The position numbers and the translations under genes are program-made. A model generated the notes under the pieces. It made no database searches. It had not been told where the DNA came from and was given only the letters and a program-made list of their open reading frames with translations. 64,000 nt of DNA from Squalus acanthias. Taxonomy: Eukaryota. Shown one piece after another: positions 1-11,529 of the stretch. Position 1 is the stretch's first letter. Every line of letters starts with the position of its first letter. The stretch covers positions 496,001 to 560,000 of the forward strand of contig JASTWF010000036.1 in assembly GCA_030390025.1 (NCBI GenBank), written 5' to 3'.

Positions 1-390
1 TCCCTTCGGGGGATGTCCCAGAGCGCATTCACGGCCAATTAGTTACTTTTCGAAGAGTAGCCATTTGTTCTAAACGTAGCATGGACGCATGCACACACAG
101 CTGGTTAAGCTGGTTGTTCTGTTGGGTTGAGGGATAAATATTGGCCCCAAGGACGCCGGTGAAGAAATCCCCATCCCTGCTGCTCTTCGATATAGTGGCC
201 CATGGGGGGGATCTTTCACATCCACCCGAGGTGGGGCAGACGGGTCCTCCTCCGAGGTCAGCGCCCCGTCCGAAGGACAGTACCTCCCGTCGAAGTGCAG
301 GCCTGGATTACGTGCTCCATCCAGTCTCCAGACTGCGCCCACGGTCTTCTGGCCCCGGGCGAGAGAGAGGAGTTGTGTCCCTTGAGCCAA
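1..390 (-). mobile_element. Degenerate DeuSINE (SacSINE1-like) without an expanded minisatellite
   Basis: The reverse complement matches the SINE body seen at 5046-6035 (gagggataaatattggcccc, gatctttcacatccacccgag, ccgtccgaaggacagtacctcc), with a decayed tRNA-like head near 330-390. Confidence 0.75.
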
Positions 391-947
391 GTATTGCGTC
401 CAGTTCTGGTCACCACACTTTAGGAAGGATGTGAAGGCCCCCTTGAGAGGGTGCAGAGGAGATTTACCAGAATGGTTCCGGGGGATGGGGGAAATCTTAG
501 CGACAAGGACAGGTTGGAGAAGCTGGATTTGTTTTCTTTAGAGCAAAGGAGGTCGAGGGGTGATTTTGATAGAGGTGCACAAGATTGTGACGGGTTTGGA
601 TAGGCTAGACGGGGAAAGGCTGTTCCCACTAGTTGATGGTACAAGGACTAGGGGACACAGATTTAAGGTTTTGCGCAAGAGATATTGGGAAGGGAAATGT
701 GAGGAAAAACTGTTTTATGCAGTGAGTGGCGAGGACCTGGAACTCGCTGCCGACGGAAGTGGTGGAAGCGGAGACACTCAATGTTTTCAAGGGGAGACTG
801 GATAAGGCACTTGAGGGAAATAAACTTGTAGGGCTACGGGGACAGAGCGGGGGGGAATGGGACTGACTAGATTGCTCTACAGAGAGCCGGCACGGACTCG
901 ATGGGCCGAATGGCCTCCTTCTGTGCCGTTATGATTCTCTGACTCTA
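391..947 (+). mobile_element. CR1 LINE 3' fragment
   Basis: ORF2 C-terminal coding remnant (YCVQFWSPH...LDRLDGERLFPLVDGTRTRGHRFKV) and CR1 3' tail gatgggccgaatggcctcc...tgactcta. Very similar to 13187-13698 and 23933-24842. Confidence 0.9.
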
Positions 948-1486
948 CGTCTGACTGTGTTGGAAGTAAATTGATGTAAACTAGGGGGAAACTGTACTTA
1001 ACGATAGTTAGTTTTTTTTAAATGTCGTATCTCGAGCGGGAAAGGTGAAATTTTCCTCAGTCGAGCAATGGAGTCTTGTACGACAATGTGTGCTCGCAGT
1101 GGCAATATTGTACCCCGGTTTATAAGAATGTTGTGTAGTTTTTAGTCCTGTTAAACTGGTAATTAATAGTTACTGGTTTATCCAAATGATTTAACAGCAG
1201 GAACAATGTCAATAAAAGTGAACATTTTGTCTTTCCTCCTCCTCCTCCCTCGAGTGTGATGACACACTTAAGTGAGTCATCCATCCCTTTTTTTTGGGTT
1301 GTGCTTGATCCAAAGTTGAGTCTGGCCAGTGGGGAAAAAAAAATATCTGAGGCTTACTGGACCGTTCAATAACACTGGTTATGTAATGTGTTTAACACTC
1401 GTTCCATCTCTTGGCAAACGTCGCCTCAACTCACCAGTTGATCTTTTACGACATTCCATGAGTCAGAAAGAGCGAGGCAGGTTAAC

Positions 1487-2350
1487 AAGGCCGCATCAAA
1501 AGCAAGCCAAGGGTTCATTTCTCGAGGAATTGGAAGAGCAGAGAAGTTATGTTAAACATGTATCGATCCTTGGTTAGACCACACTTGGAGCACTGTGCAC
1601 AGCTCTGGTCTCCGTATACCTTGGTTAGACCACACTTGGAGCACTGTGCGTTGTTCTGGTCTCCGTGTACCTTGGTTAGACCACACTTGGAGCGCTGTGC
1701 GTTGTTCTGGTCTCCATATACCTGGGTTAGACCACACTTGGGACACTGTGCACAGTTCTGGTCTCCATATACCTTGGTTAGACCACACTTGGGACACTGT
1801 GCACAGTTCTGGTCTCCGTATACCTTGGTTAGACCACACTTGGAGCACTGTGCACAGTTCTGGTCTCCATATTACAAAAAAAGGATATAGAGGCACTGGA
1901 GAAGGTGCAAAAAAAAAAAAGATTTACAAGCCTGATAACCAGAACTGAGGTTATAACTATCAGGAGAGATTGAACAGGCTGGGGCAATGTTTCTCTAGAA
2001 AAGAGAAGGCTGAGGAGTGACCTGATAGAGGTCTTTAAAATTATGAAGTGGTTTCGATAGGGTAGACGTAGAGAAGATGTTTCCACTTGTGTGGGGGAGA
2101 CCAGAACTAGGGGCCATTGATATCAGACAGTCGCTAATAAATCCAATGGGGAATTCAGGAGAAACTTCTTTACCCAGAGAGTGGTGAGAATGTGGAACTC
2201 GCTACCACAGGGAGTGGTTGAGGCGAATAGCATCAATGTATTTAAGGGGAAGCTGGATAAACACATGAGGGTGGAAAGGAATAGAAAGATATGCTGATGG
2301 GGTGAGATGGAGTGTTGGGAGGAGGTTTGTGTGGAGCCCTGTAAATTTTA
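1487..2350 (+). mobile_element. CR1 LINE 3' fragment containing an internal 51-bp tandem expansion
   Basis: MLNMYRSLVRPHLEHCAQ.WSPY motif followed by aacttctttacccagagagtggtgagaatgtggaactc; same subfamily as 44053-46490. Confidence 0.88.
1568..1872 (+). repeat. 51-bp minisatellite (6 copies) derived from CR1 ORF2
   Basis: Unit ccttggttagaccacacttggagcactgtgcacagttctggtctccatata; in frame it gives the 17-aa repeat TLVRPHLEHCAQFWSPY. Confidence 0.95.
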
Positions 2351-2454
2351 TGTAAAGATCAGCTGAAGTGGGTTTAGAAGACAGCAGATAATTGGACCAG
2401 TGTGTTTAGGATCATTCACTCTCCATTTTAACAGTTGCTGCTGTTGTAGACATT

Positions 2455-2820
2455 TGTAGGGACAGGAGGCCATTCAGCCCCTCGAGCCAGTTCCACCATT
2501 CAGTGAGATCATGGCTGATCTGTGACCTAATTCCCTATACCTGCCATTGCCCCATATCCCCCTTAATACCGTTTGGCTAACAGAAATCTATCAATCTCCG
2601 ATTTAAAATTAACAATTGACCCCCCAGCATCAACTGCTGTTTGCGGAAGAGAGTTCCAAACTTCTACCACCCTTTGTGTGTAGAAGTGTTTCCTAACTTC
2701 ACTCCTGAAAGGTCTGGCTCTAATTTTTAAACTACGCCCCCTAGTCCAAGACTCCCTAACCAGTGGAAATAGTTTCTCGCTCTATCTACCCTATCTGTTC
2801 CCCTTAATATCTTGAAAATA
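2455..2820 (-). mobile_element. CR1 LINE 3' end
   Basis: aggaggccattcagcccctcgagcc...atcatggctgatc tail followed by the antisense ORF2 C-terminal region. Confidence 0.8.
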
Positions 2821-3706
2821 TATTTGTAATGGAGCTGTCTACGTCAACTTGAATGCTGCAGTCGTACCTTTCTGCCGGTGGTGGTGCTGCAGCGCCGTCA
2901 CTGGTGGGAGGGTGTTGTTGCAGCGTGACGTTGACATTGGTGTGTTAACAGTATAAATGTTGGCGTAGGAATTTATAATTGTGGCGTGGGGGGGGGGGGG
3001 GGGGGTGTGTTGAGATGGGCAGTGTGTGCAGATATCAGATTTTTAATATAGAGATACAAGGTGTTGTGTGAACTGGGTGTTCTCTGGGGCATAAAGAATT
3101 AATTTGGCTTACGGCAGCAAGGGAACGAGGCCTTGAAATGTGCAACTTTAGTTGTGATGGAGACTTAGTGACAACACTTCAAGTAATTCATCGGCCTGCG
3201 AAGTGTGTGTTTTTTTTTAAAAAGAGCTGATCCGAGGTTGGACACAGAAATGCGAGTTTGCCTGTTCTTGCTGGATTTCCCTTGTTGGCGATGAATTTCA
3301 TCGTTCCCTCTTGGGGGAAATCCTTCATGAGTGACGTTAATTGGGGGGGGGGGGAAAGAGAGGAAGGATTCGATAAGTTTGCTCCCGAGGGGGAGCTTTA
3401 TTAGATAATTAGTCCTCCTTTAGTTACATGTTCTCAAACTTGCAGTAGAGCCTGAAAGCATTTTAAGCTGCAGCTAATATGATTGATGTTATGGGTCTTT
3501 TTAGTTTTTAAACTATATTCATTACATATAAATTTAGTCTGGTATCAAATCTCACGGATGCAAAGTGATCCTTCACTCAGCACCCGCCAGTGAAATTTCG
3601 AACGCCCAATTTTTTTTTCTAGAAAATGGTGTACATATTTTTTAATGTAATGTGTTGGGGGTGAGATTTTCTGGTCCTCCCTGCCCTGAAACAATAGATT
3701 TTCACA

Positions 3707-4308
3707 TTAGCTGTGGCTCAGTGGGCAGCACACTCGCCTCTGAGTCAGAAGGTTGTGGGTTCAAGTCCCACTCCCGAGACTTGAGCACAGAAGTCTAGGC
3801 TGACGCTCCCAGCGCAGTGCTGAGGGAGCGCAGTGCTGAGGGAGCGCTGCGCTGTCGGAGGGACAGTACTGAGGGAGCGCTGCGCTGTCGGAGGGGCAGT
3901 ACTGAGGGAGCGCCGCATTGTCGGAGGGGCGGTACTGAGGGAGTGCCGCACTGTCGGAGGGAGGGGCAGTGCTGAGGGAGCGGCATGCTGTCGGAGGTTC
4001 AGTGCTGAGGAGGCGCCGCTCTGGCGGAGGGGCGGTACTGAGGGAGCCCCGCACTGTCGGAGGGGCAGTGCTGAGGGAGCGCCGAACTGTCGGAGGGGCG
4101 GTACTGAGGGAGCCCCGCACTGTCGGAGGGGCGGTACTGAGGGAGCGCCGCACTGTCGGAGGGGCAGCGCTGAGGGGGCGCCGCACTGTCGGAGGGGCAG
4201 TGCTGAGGGGGTGCCGCACTGTCTGAGGTGCCATCTTTTGGATGAGACCCTCTCGGGAGGACGTAAAAGATGACGGCCACTATTTTGAAGAAGAGCAGGG
4301 GAGTTCTA
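3707..4308 (+). mobile_element. DeuSINE (SacSINE1-like), 3'-truncated, with ~12 copies of the 33-bp unit
   Basis: tRNA-like head with A box tggctcagtggg and B box ggttcaagtccc; 33-bp array ~3815-4225; Deu-domain start ggatgagac...gacgtaaaagat. Confidence 0.85.
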
Positions 4309-4312
4309 CTCT

Positions 4313-4610
4313 ATGAAAACCCCTGGTAATTCTGAACACCTCTATTAAATCTCCTGCTGAGCCTTCTCTGCTCCAAGGAGAACAACCCCAGCTTCTCTCA
4401 TCTCTCTGTGTAACTGAAGTGTCGTCCAAGTAAATCTCTGCACCCTCTCCGAGGCCTTGACATCCTTCCTAAAGTGCGGTGCCCAGGATTGGGACACAGA
4501 AGTACAGCTGAGGCCGAAACAGCGATTTATAATGTTTTAGCGTAACTCCTTTTACTTTTGTACTGTGTGCATCTATTTATAAAGCTTTATCAATTTGTCC
4601 AGCCACCTTT
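4313..4610 (-). mobile_element. CR1 LINE internal fragment
   Basis: ccttctctgctccaaggagaacaaccccagc...ccttgacatccttcctaaagtgcggtgcccag is the antisense of the CR1 ORF2 C-terminal region. Confidence 0.75.
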
Positions 4611-5045
4611 TTGAAGATTTGTGTGATATTTAATAAATAGGCACAAGTTTAGCCTAAACATTTGGAGCAGAGTTAGTCATGTTGTTTTTTCAACCGCTCG
4701 AACTCTTTTCATTTAATGCAGTCCCTCGTTGCTCTTTGAACGCAAGTAAATGTGTGTGTGTGTGTGTGTCTGCATGTCATGTCCCACCTTGATAAACCAG
4801 TTAATTGTCTTCCTAATCAGACTAGAGGATGGCTCAGCATGATGGGGCAGTAACATAACTCGGGTTGTGTGAACTCTGGCGCTTCTCTATCAGTTCATTG
4901 TGAAAGAAACTTTGTTGATTTGGGGCAAGATTAGTGTCCCAGACTGTCTTGCGTGCCTGGTTGAAGGGGTGTACGTAGTAACTTCGGGTAGAATTACAGA
5001 TTATTCTGGTGTATTCAAGGTGTTGTAGATTAAATGTGCTGCAGA

Positions 5046-6035
5046 TGTCAGCCGTGGCTCAGTGGGCAGCGCTCTCGTCTCTTGAGTGAGAAGTTTGTGG
5101 GTTCAAGTCCCGCTCCAGAGACTGGAGCACAGAAATCTAGGCTGACACTCCAGTGCAGTACTGAGGGAGCGCCGCACTGTGGGAGGGGCAGTACTGAGGG
5201 AGCGCCGCACTGTGGGAGGGGCAGTACTGAGGGAGCGCCGCACTGTGGGAGGGGCAGTACTGAGGGAGCGCTGCACTGTGGGAGGGGCGGTACTGAGGGA
5301 GCGCCGCACTGTCGGAGGGGCGGTACTGAGGGAACGTCGCACTGTCGGAGGGGCGGTACTGAGGGAGCGCTGCACTGTTGGAGGGGTGGTACTGAGGGAG
5401 CGCCGCACTATCGGAGGGGCGGTACTGAGGGAGTGCCGCACTGTCGAAGGGGCGGTACCGAGGGAGCCCCGCACTGTCGGAGGGGCGGTACCGAGGGAGC
5501 CCCGCACTGTCGGAGGGGCGGTACCGAGGGAGGGCCGCACTGTCGGAGGGGTGGTACTGAGGGAGCGCCGCACTGTCGGAGTGGCAGTACTGAGGGAGTG
5601 CCGCACTGTCGGAGGCACAGTACTGAGGGAGCGCCGCACTGTCGGAGGGGCGGTACTGAGGGAGCGCCGCACTGTCGGAGGGGCAGTACCGAGAGAGCAC
5701 CGTCTTTCGGATGAGACGTTAAACCGAGGCCCCTCTCTGCCCTCTCTGGTGGATGTCAAAGATACCACGGCCACTATTTCGAAGAAGCACAGGGGAGTTC
5801 TCACCTGTGTCCTGGGGTCAATATTTATCCCTCAATCAGTATCACTAATAAATACCGACGATCTGGTCATTATCACATTGCTGTTTGTGGGAGCTTGCTG
5901 TGCGCACATTGGCTGCTGCGTTTCCTACATTACAACAGTGACTACACTTCAAAAAACAAAATTACTTCATTGGCTGTGAAGAGCTTTGGGACGTCCTGAG
6001 GTGGTGAGCGGCACTGTATAAATGCGAGTCTTTTT
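5046..6035 (+). mobile_element. Full-length DeuSINE (SacSINE1-like) with ~16 copies of the 33-bp unit
   Basis: tRNA-derived head (A and B boxes), array ~5157-5700, Deu-like body gtctttcggatgagacgttaaaccgaggccc...atttatccctcaa...cattgctgtttgtgggagcttgctgtgcgc, and an L2-like 3' tail. Confidence 0.9.
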
Positions 6036-6454
6036 TTTGAAGTGTAGTCGAAACCTGGATAATTGAGCAGAGGGCATTGCAGCGGCGAAGCCCAATCTTT
6101 AGCAGCATGAACATGTAATATATTAACTTCGTGACTTGTGTAAACTACATTGAAAATTCCACATTCTTTTAATAACCGCATGTGGCATGCGGGACTTGAC
6201 GCAGATAATGTGTTCATGCTCAGCAACTTTTACTGACTGGAGGGTGGGGTGACTAAAGCGGTGAAGTTATTTCCTGGCCCTATGGAGCATTAGTTGTTCA
6301 AAGACAGCTTACAAAATGTTAGGGAGATGGGGGTACTGTTTGAGGAAGGGCACTTGATCCAGTGTGCCAACAGTATGACTCCTCCTGCCTTGCTAAGCAT
6401 TTGGCCTGTACACGAGGCGGCCTTTTGTTAAACATGTTATGAATTTTTTAAAAA

Positions 6455-7200
6455 CTCGTTCACAGGGTATGTGGGCATAGCTGGCAAGGCCGGCATTTAT
6501 TGCCCATCCATAATTGCCCCTTGAGAAGGTGGTGGTGGTGAGCCGCCGCCTTGAACTGCTGCAGTCCGTGTGGTGAAGGTGCTCCCATGGTGCTGTTAGG
6601 GAGGGAGTTCCAGGATTTTGACCCAGCGACGATGAAGGAACGGCCGATATACTTCCAAGTCAGGATGGTGTGTGACTCGGAGGGGAACTTGGAGGTGGCG
6701 GTGTTCGCGTGCGCCTGCTGCCCTTGTCCTAGGCAGTGGAGGTCATGGATTTGGGAGCCTTGGTGAGTTGCTGCAGTGCATCTTGTAGACGGTACACACT
6801 GCAGCCACGGTGCGCCGGTGGTGGAGGGAGTGAATGTTTTAAGGTGGTGGATGGGGTGCCCATCAAGCGGGCTGCTTTGTCCTGGATGGTGTTGAGCTTC
6901 CCGAGTGGTGTTGGAGCTGCACTCATCCAGGCAAGTGGAGAGTATTCCATCACACTCCTAACTTGTGCCTTGTAGATGGTGGAAAGGCTTTGGGGAGTCA
7001 GGAGGTGAGACACTCGCTGCAGAATACTCAGCCTCTGACCTGCTCTTGTAGCCATAGTATTTATGTGGCTGGTCCAGTTAAGTTTCTGGTCAATGGTGAC
7101 CCCCAGGATGTTGATGGTGGGGGATTTGGCGATGGTAATGTCAAGGGGCGGTGGTTAAACTGTCTCGTTAGAGTTGTTCATTGCCTGGCACTTGCGTGGC
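6455..7200 (-). mobile_element. Non-LTR retrotransposon 3' fragment (CR1/L2 group, lineage distinct from the other CR1s here)
   Basis: ORF 6729-7055 reads RAGQRLSILQRVSHLLTPQSLSTIYKAQVRSVMEYSPLAWMSAA...IQDKAARL, a post-RT LINE ORF2 motif; a second copy lies at 49677-50230. Confidence 0.8.
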
Positions 7201-7394
7201 TCGAATGCAGTGGTACCTGCGTATATCATTAGACCCGAATCAATTTCTGAAACACAGCTCCCTGTTGAGGTGGGCTGCAATATTTAACAAATCAGACTGC
7301 GTTAATATCAGCGCATCACTGGGAAATATTTGTCTTGATGCTCAAGCACATGTGGAATGCACTATGGTGTCTGCCACCCAAAATAGGAAGTATG

Positions 7395-7545
7395 GACCTC
7401 CAGGACGTCGTGAAGTGCTTTACAGCCAATGAAGTACTTAAAAAAAAAAAACCCAACCCATTGTGATGTAGGAAACGCGGCAGACAATTTGTGCACAGCA
7501 AGATCCCACAAGCAGCGATGTGGTGATAACCAGATAATCTGCGCC
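7395..7545 (-). mobile_element. DeuSINE 3' fragment
   Basis: caggacgtc...ctttacagccaatgaagtac...gtaggaaacgcggcag...cacagcaagatcccaca is the reverse complement of the SINE tail. Confidence 0.8.
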
Positions 7546-7634
7546 CGGGATGATCTGTTTTTCCTCCTCTTCCAGTTGTTCAGTCTAGCCTCGATTCCCA
7601 ACGCACCGTGGATACGGGGGCTGTATGTAGTCCT

Positions 7635-8495
7635 GGGGGAAAAATTCAGTTGCTTTGTGTCTCCCGTTCGCGCCTCAAGAGGTCACTAATGGGGCGCAAA
7701 GCAACTAACGCCCGGGCGCGGCGATGTTTGCGCCGCTCGCGAAATTGACCAGACATTTTGCGGCGGCGCTAAACACTACCGCCATGATCTCCTGCGCCCG
7801 CAGAGCGTGACGTCAGTTGAGCGTGCAAAGCCCCGGTAGCGCCCCGGACCGGATATTGAGTGGCGCCCCCTGCCTTACCGCCTGCCACTAGCAACGACAG
7901 GTTGAGGGGGACGTTTTGCAGTCGGGAAGGGACTGGGGGAGTGCTATTTAAAGGTGACCGCTTCCTGCCTTTTTTTGTTGGCGGCATTTTTGCACCACGC
8001 ATTCAGAGAGACAGACTTCTGGAGAGATTCAACGCTGTGTGAAGGAGTTTTGGGTAATGAGCAGCACTTTGCAGGTTCATTTTGATTTGATCTTCCTTGC
8101 ATCGATTTAGAAGCGACTATGGGGGCTGCAGTCTGAGCACTTTCCCTGGGCCCCTCCATTGTTCTTTCCAGCAGATTTGATGTGCAGGTCTCTCCAGGCA
8201 GAGATTCAAGGCTGCAATGAGCAGGGTGTGGATGGAGAGCAAGATCGACCCTCCCCTTTAAGAACTGGCCGGCGCCAGTGTGTCTGTGTTCCATTGCTGA
8301 CTGACATCATATGAGCTTCGCCAGCGCTCTGTTAGCGCCTTGAGAGGTGTGTAGCGCCTGATTTAGCGCTCCAATCACCTCCAGGGGCGATAGAAGCCAA
8401 GTTTGCAGTCGGAGGCGATAATTAGTGTCAGGCGCTAAACTTTGCGCCCGGCCGATAATTGCGCCCCAAACAGGGTGATACCGAATTTCTCCCCC
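7635..8495. mobile_element. Non-autonomous TIR DNA transposon, probably an internally deleted PIF/Harbinger
   Basis: Terminal inverted repeats gggggaaaaattcag (7635-7649) and ccgaatttctccccc (8481-8495), 13/15 match; CpG-rich subterminal regions with repeated agcgcc/ggcgct motifs. TSD not resolved. Confidence 0.65.
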
Positions 8496-8950
8496 ATAGT
8501 CATTACGGCACAGAAGGAGGCCATTCGGCCCATCGAGTCCGTGCCGGCTCTCTGTCGAGCAATCCAGTCAGTCCCATTCCCCCGCTCTCTCCCCATAGCC
8601 CTGCAAGTTTATTTCCCTCAAGTGCCTATCCAGTCTCCCCTTGAAAACATTGAGTGTCTCCGCTTCCACCACTTCCGTCGGGAGCGAGTTCCAGGTCCTC
8701 ACCACTCGCTGCTTGAGAGCTTTTCCTCACATCCCCCCTGTATCTCTTGCCCAAAACCTTAAATCTGTGACCTAGTCCTTGTACCATCTGCAAATGGGAA
8801 CAGCCTTTCTCTCTCTACCTTATCCAAACCCGTCATAATCTTGTACACCTCCAACCTCCTTTGCTCTAAGGAGAACAACCCCAGCTTCTCCAACCTAACC
8901 TTGTAGCTAAAATCCCTCATTCCTTGGAACCATTCTTGTAAATCTCCTCC
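8496..8950 (-). mobile_element. CR1 LINE 3' fragment
   Basis: cacagaaggaggccattcggcccatcgagtccgtgccggctc tail; reverse complement of the 3' part of 391-947. Confidence 0.88.
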
Positions 8951-9061
8951 GTTGCAAGACCAGAATGGGTGCTTAAACCAAAGGAATGTGTTCTAATTTT
9001 CAGTAAAATAGTTTCGCGAGGATTAAACGTGCTAAAGCAATATGGCACTGATTTGGACAAG

Positions 9062-9760
9062 AGCATAAGAAATAGGAGCAGGAGGAGACCATTCGGCCCC
9101 TCGAGCCTGCTCCATCATTCAATAAGATCATGGCTGATCTGATCTTGGCCTCAACTCCACTTTCCTGCCCACTCCCCATAACCCTCAAATATCTGTCGAT
9201 CTCCGCCTTGAATATATTCACTGACTCAGCCTCCACAGCTCTCTGGGGTAGAGAATTCCAAAGATTCACGACCCTCAGAGAGAAGAAATTCCTCATCTCC
9301 GTCATAAATGGGCGACCCCTTATCCTGAAACTGCGCCTCCCTCATTCTAGATTCCCCCACGAGGGGAAACATCCTCCCTGCATCTACCCTGTCAAGCCCC
9401 CTCTGAATCTTATATGTTTCAATAAGATCCCCTCTCATTCTTCTAAACTCCAATGAGTGTAGGCTCAACCTTTCCTCATAAGACAACCCTTTCATCTCGG
9501 GAATCAACCTCGTGAACCTTCGCTGAACAGCCTCCAATGCAAGTACATCCCTCCTTAAATAAGGTGACCAAAACGCTACGCAGAACTCCAGGTGTGGTCT
9601 CACCAGCGCCGTGTACAGTTGTAGCAAGACTTCCCTACTTTTATACTCCACCCCCACCCCTTGCAACAAAGGCCAACACTCCATTTGCCTTCCTAATTAC
9701 TTGCTGTACCTGCGTGCTAACTTTTTGTGTTTCGTGTACGAGGACACCCAGATCCTTCTG
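9062..9760 (-). mobile_element. CR1 LINE 3' fragment
   Basis: ORFs 9226-9684 and 9000-9305 ([24 protein letters not shown]...RRMRGDLIETYKI; RNFFSLRVVNLWNSLPQ); tail cataagaaataggagcagga. Confidence 0.9.
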
Positions 9761-10442
9761 TGAGAAAGCCACTCTTCGATTTTGTTCTGCGATATATCGT
9801 CCCTTGTATTTGAAAGCTGGCATTTTTTTTTGCAAGCCAGTTGCACGGCAAGAGATTGTATTAATATATCGCGGGCAAACCTTACTTTTGCCCGCAAATG
9901 AGTGTACGTGTAATGTGTTAAAGCATTGACCTTTCTTGCATCATGCGAGATTTACGATAGCGTGCCAGCTTCTGTAAACCTGATATTTTAGTGATATCAG
10001 CAATCCCATGGCTCCCCTGGAATTGAGAGATTAATACATGGGCAGCAGTAATATTTTATACTGTATCAGTTATTGTTTTTGGGGGGGGGGGGGGGGAAGG
10101 AAAGGAAGAGGGAGAGTTTGGTTTTCAATGCAGAAACTCATGGATGACAATCTTTGGTTAATGAGATTACATTCACATTCTGTGAGCCGCACCATCTTTC
10201 GAACTCAAGTGAGAGTTTAACAAAACTTTGGGAAAGGTTGTTGTTTTGTCTTTTGAATGGTCCCCATTGTCGGATTGTAGGACAAGTGGGTTACTTACTT
10301 TGAATGCAAATAGGAGACATTCATCCATTCTAGATGGTTGGACTCCAGACAAGGACACCAGTGTTGAAATTCCAAGCCTTGACTGACTTTCCCACTCCTG
10401 CTTCACCTAGAGGACGAGTTCAGTCTGTGGAACCGGATGGTA

Positions 10443-11325
10443 CAGAGTGGCTCAGTGGGTAGCGCTCTCGCCTCTGTAGTCCCCGGGTCGTGGGTTCAAG
10501 CCCCGCTCCAGAAATCTAGGCTGGGACTCCCAAGTGGTGGACCGTCGGAGGGGCAGTACTGAGGGAGCGCCGCACTGTCGGAGGGGCGGTACTGAGGGAG
10601 CGCCTCACTATCGGAGGGGCAGTACTGAGGGAGCGCCGCACTGTCGGAGGGGCGGTACTGAGGGAGCGCCGCGCTGTCGGAGGGGCAGTACTGAGGGAGC
10701 GCCGCACTGTCGGAGGGGTAGTACTGAGGGAGCGCCAGAGGGGCAGTAGTGAGGGAGTGCCGCACTGCCGGAGGGGCAGTAGTGAGGGAGCGCCGCACTG
10801 TCGGAGGGGCAGTACTGTGGGAGCGCCGGAGGGGCGCCGCACTGTTGGCGGGGCAGTAGTGAGGAAGCGCCGCACTGTCGGAGGGCCAGTACTGAGGGAG
10901 CGCCGCACTGTCGGAGGGCCAGTACTGAGGGAGCGCCGCACTGTCGGAGGGGCAGTACTGAGGGAGCGCCGCACTGTCTTTTAGATGCAGCGTTAAACCG
11001 AGATCCCGTCTGCCCCCTCAGGTGGACGTAAAATATCCCGCGGCCACTGTTTCGATGAAGAGCAGGGGGACGTGACCCTGGTGTCCTGGGGTCAATATTT
11101 ATCCCTCAACCAACATCGCTTTTAAAAAAAAAAAGGAAAAAATCCAGATTATCTGGTCATTATCACATTGCTGTTTGTGGGAGCTTGCTGTGCGCAAATT
11201 GGCCTCCGCGTTTCCTACACTACAACAGTGACTACACTTCAAAAAAAAAAGTACTTCATTGGTTGTGAAGTGCTTTGGGACGCCCTCTGAGGTGGTGAAA
11301 AGTGCTGGAGAAATGAGTTTGTTTT
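10443..11325 (+). mobile_element. Full-length DeuSINE with ~13 copies of the 33-bp unit
   Basis: A and B boxes (tggctcagtggg, ggttcaagcccc), array ~10553-10977, Deu-like body and 3' tail. Confidence 0.88.
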
Positions 11326-11529
11326 TTCCATTTCTCCCCAAATTTCCCCCCACTTCCGGTTTGGAGGTCAATAGTTCCCTTCCTTCCTTCGAAGTGCTCT
11401 GAGATGTTGGTTTTACAGCAGGCCTGTTGTATAATATTGCTTCTCTTTCCCCCCCCCCCCCCCCCCCCCCCCCCTGCACCGAACACAAATTAACATTCTG
11501 ATTTAAGCTTGGTTCTGTTCAGAAACACA

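Noticed and set aside
3710..3780. tRNA-like sequences with A and B boxes (also at 5050, 10447, 17097, 18530-18600, 25256 and 55190)
   Set aside because: They are SINE heads that continue directly into SINE bodies; I could not build a full cloverleaf for any of them.
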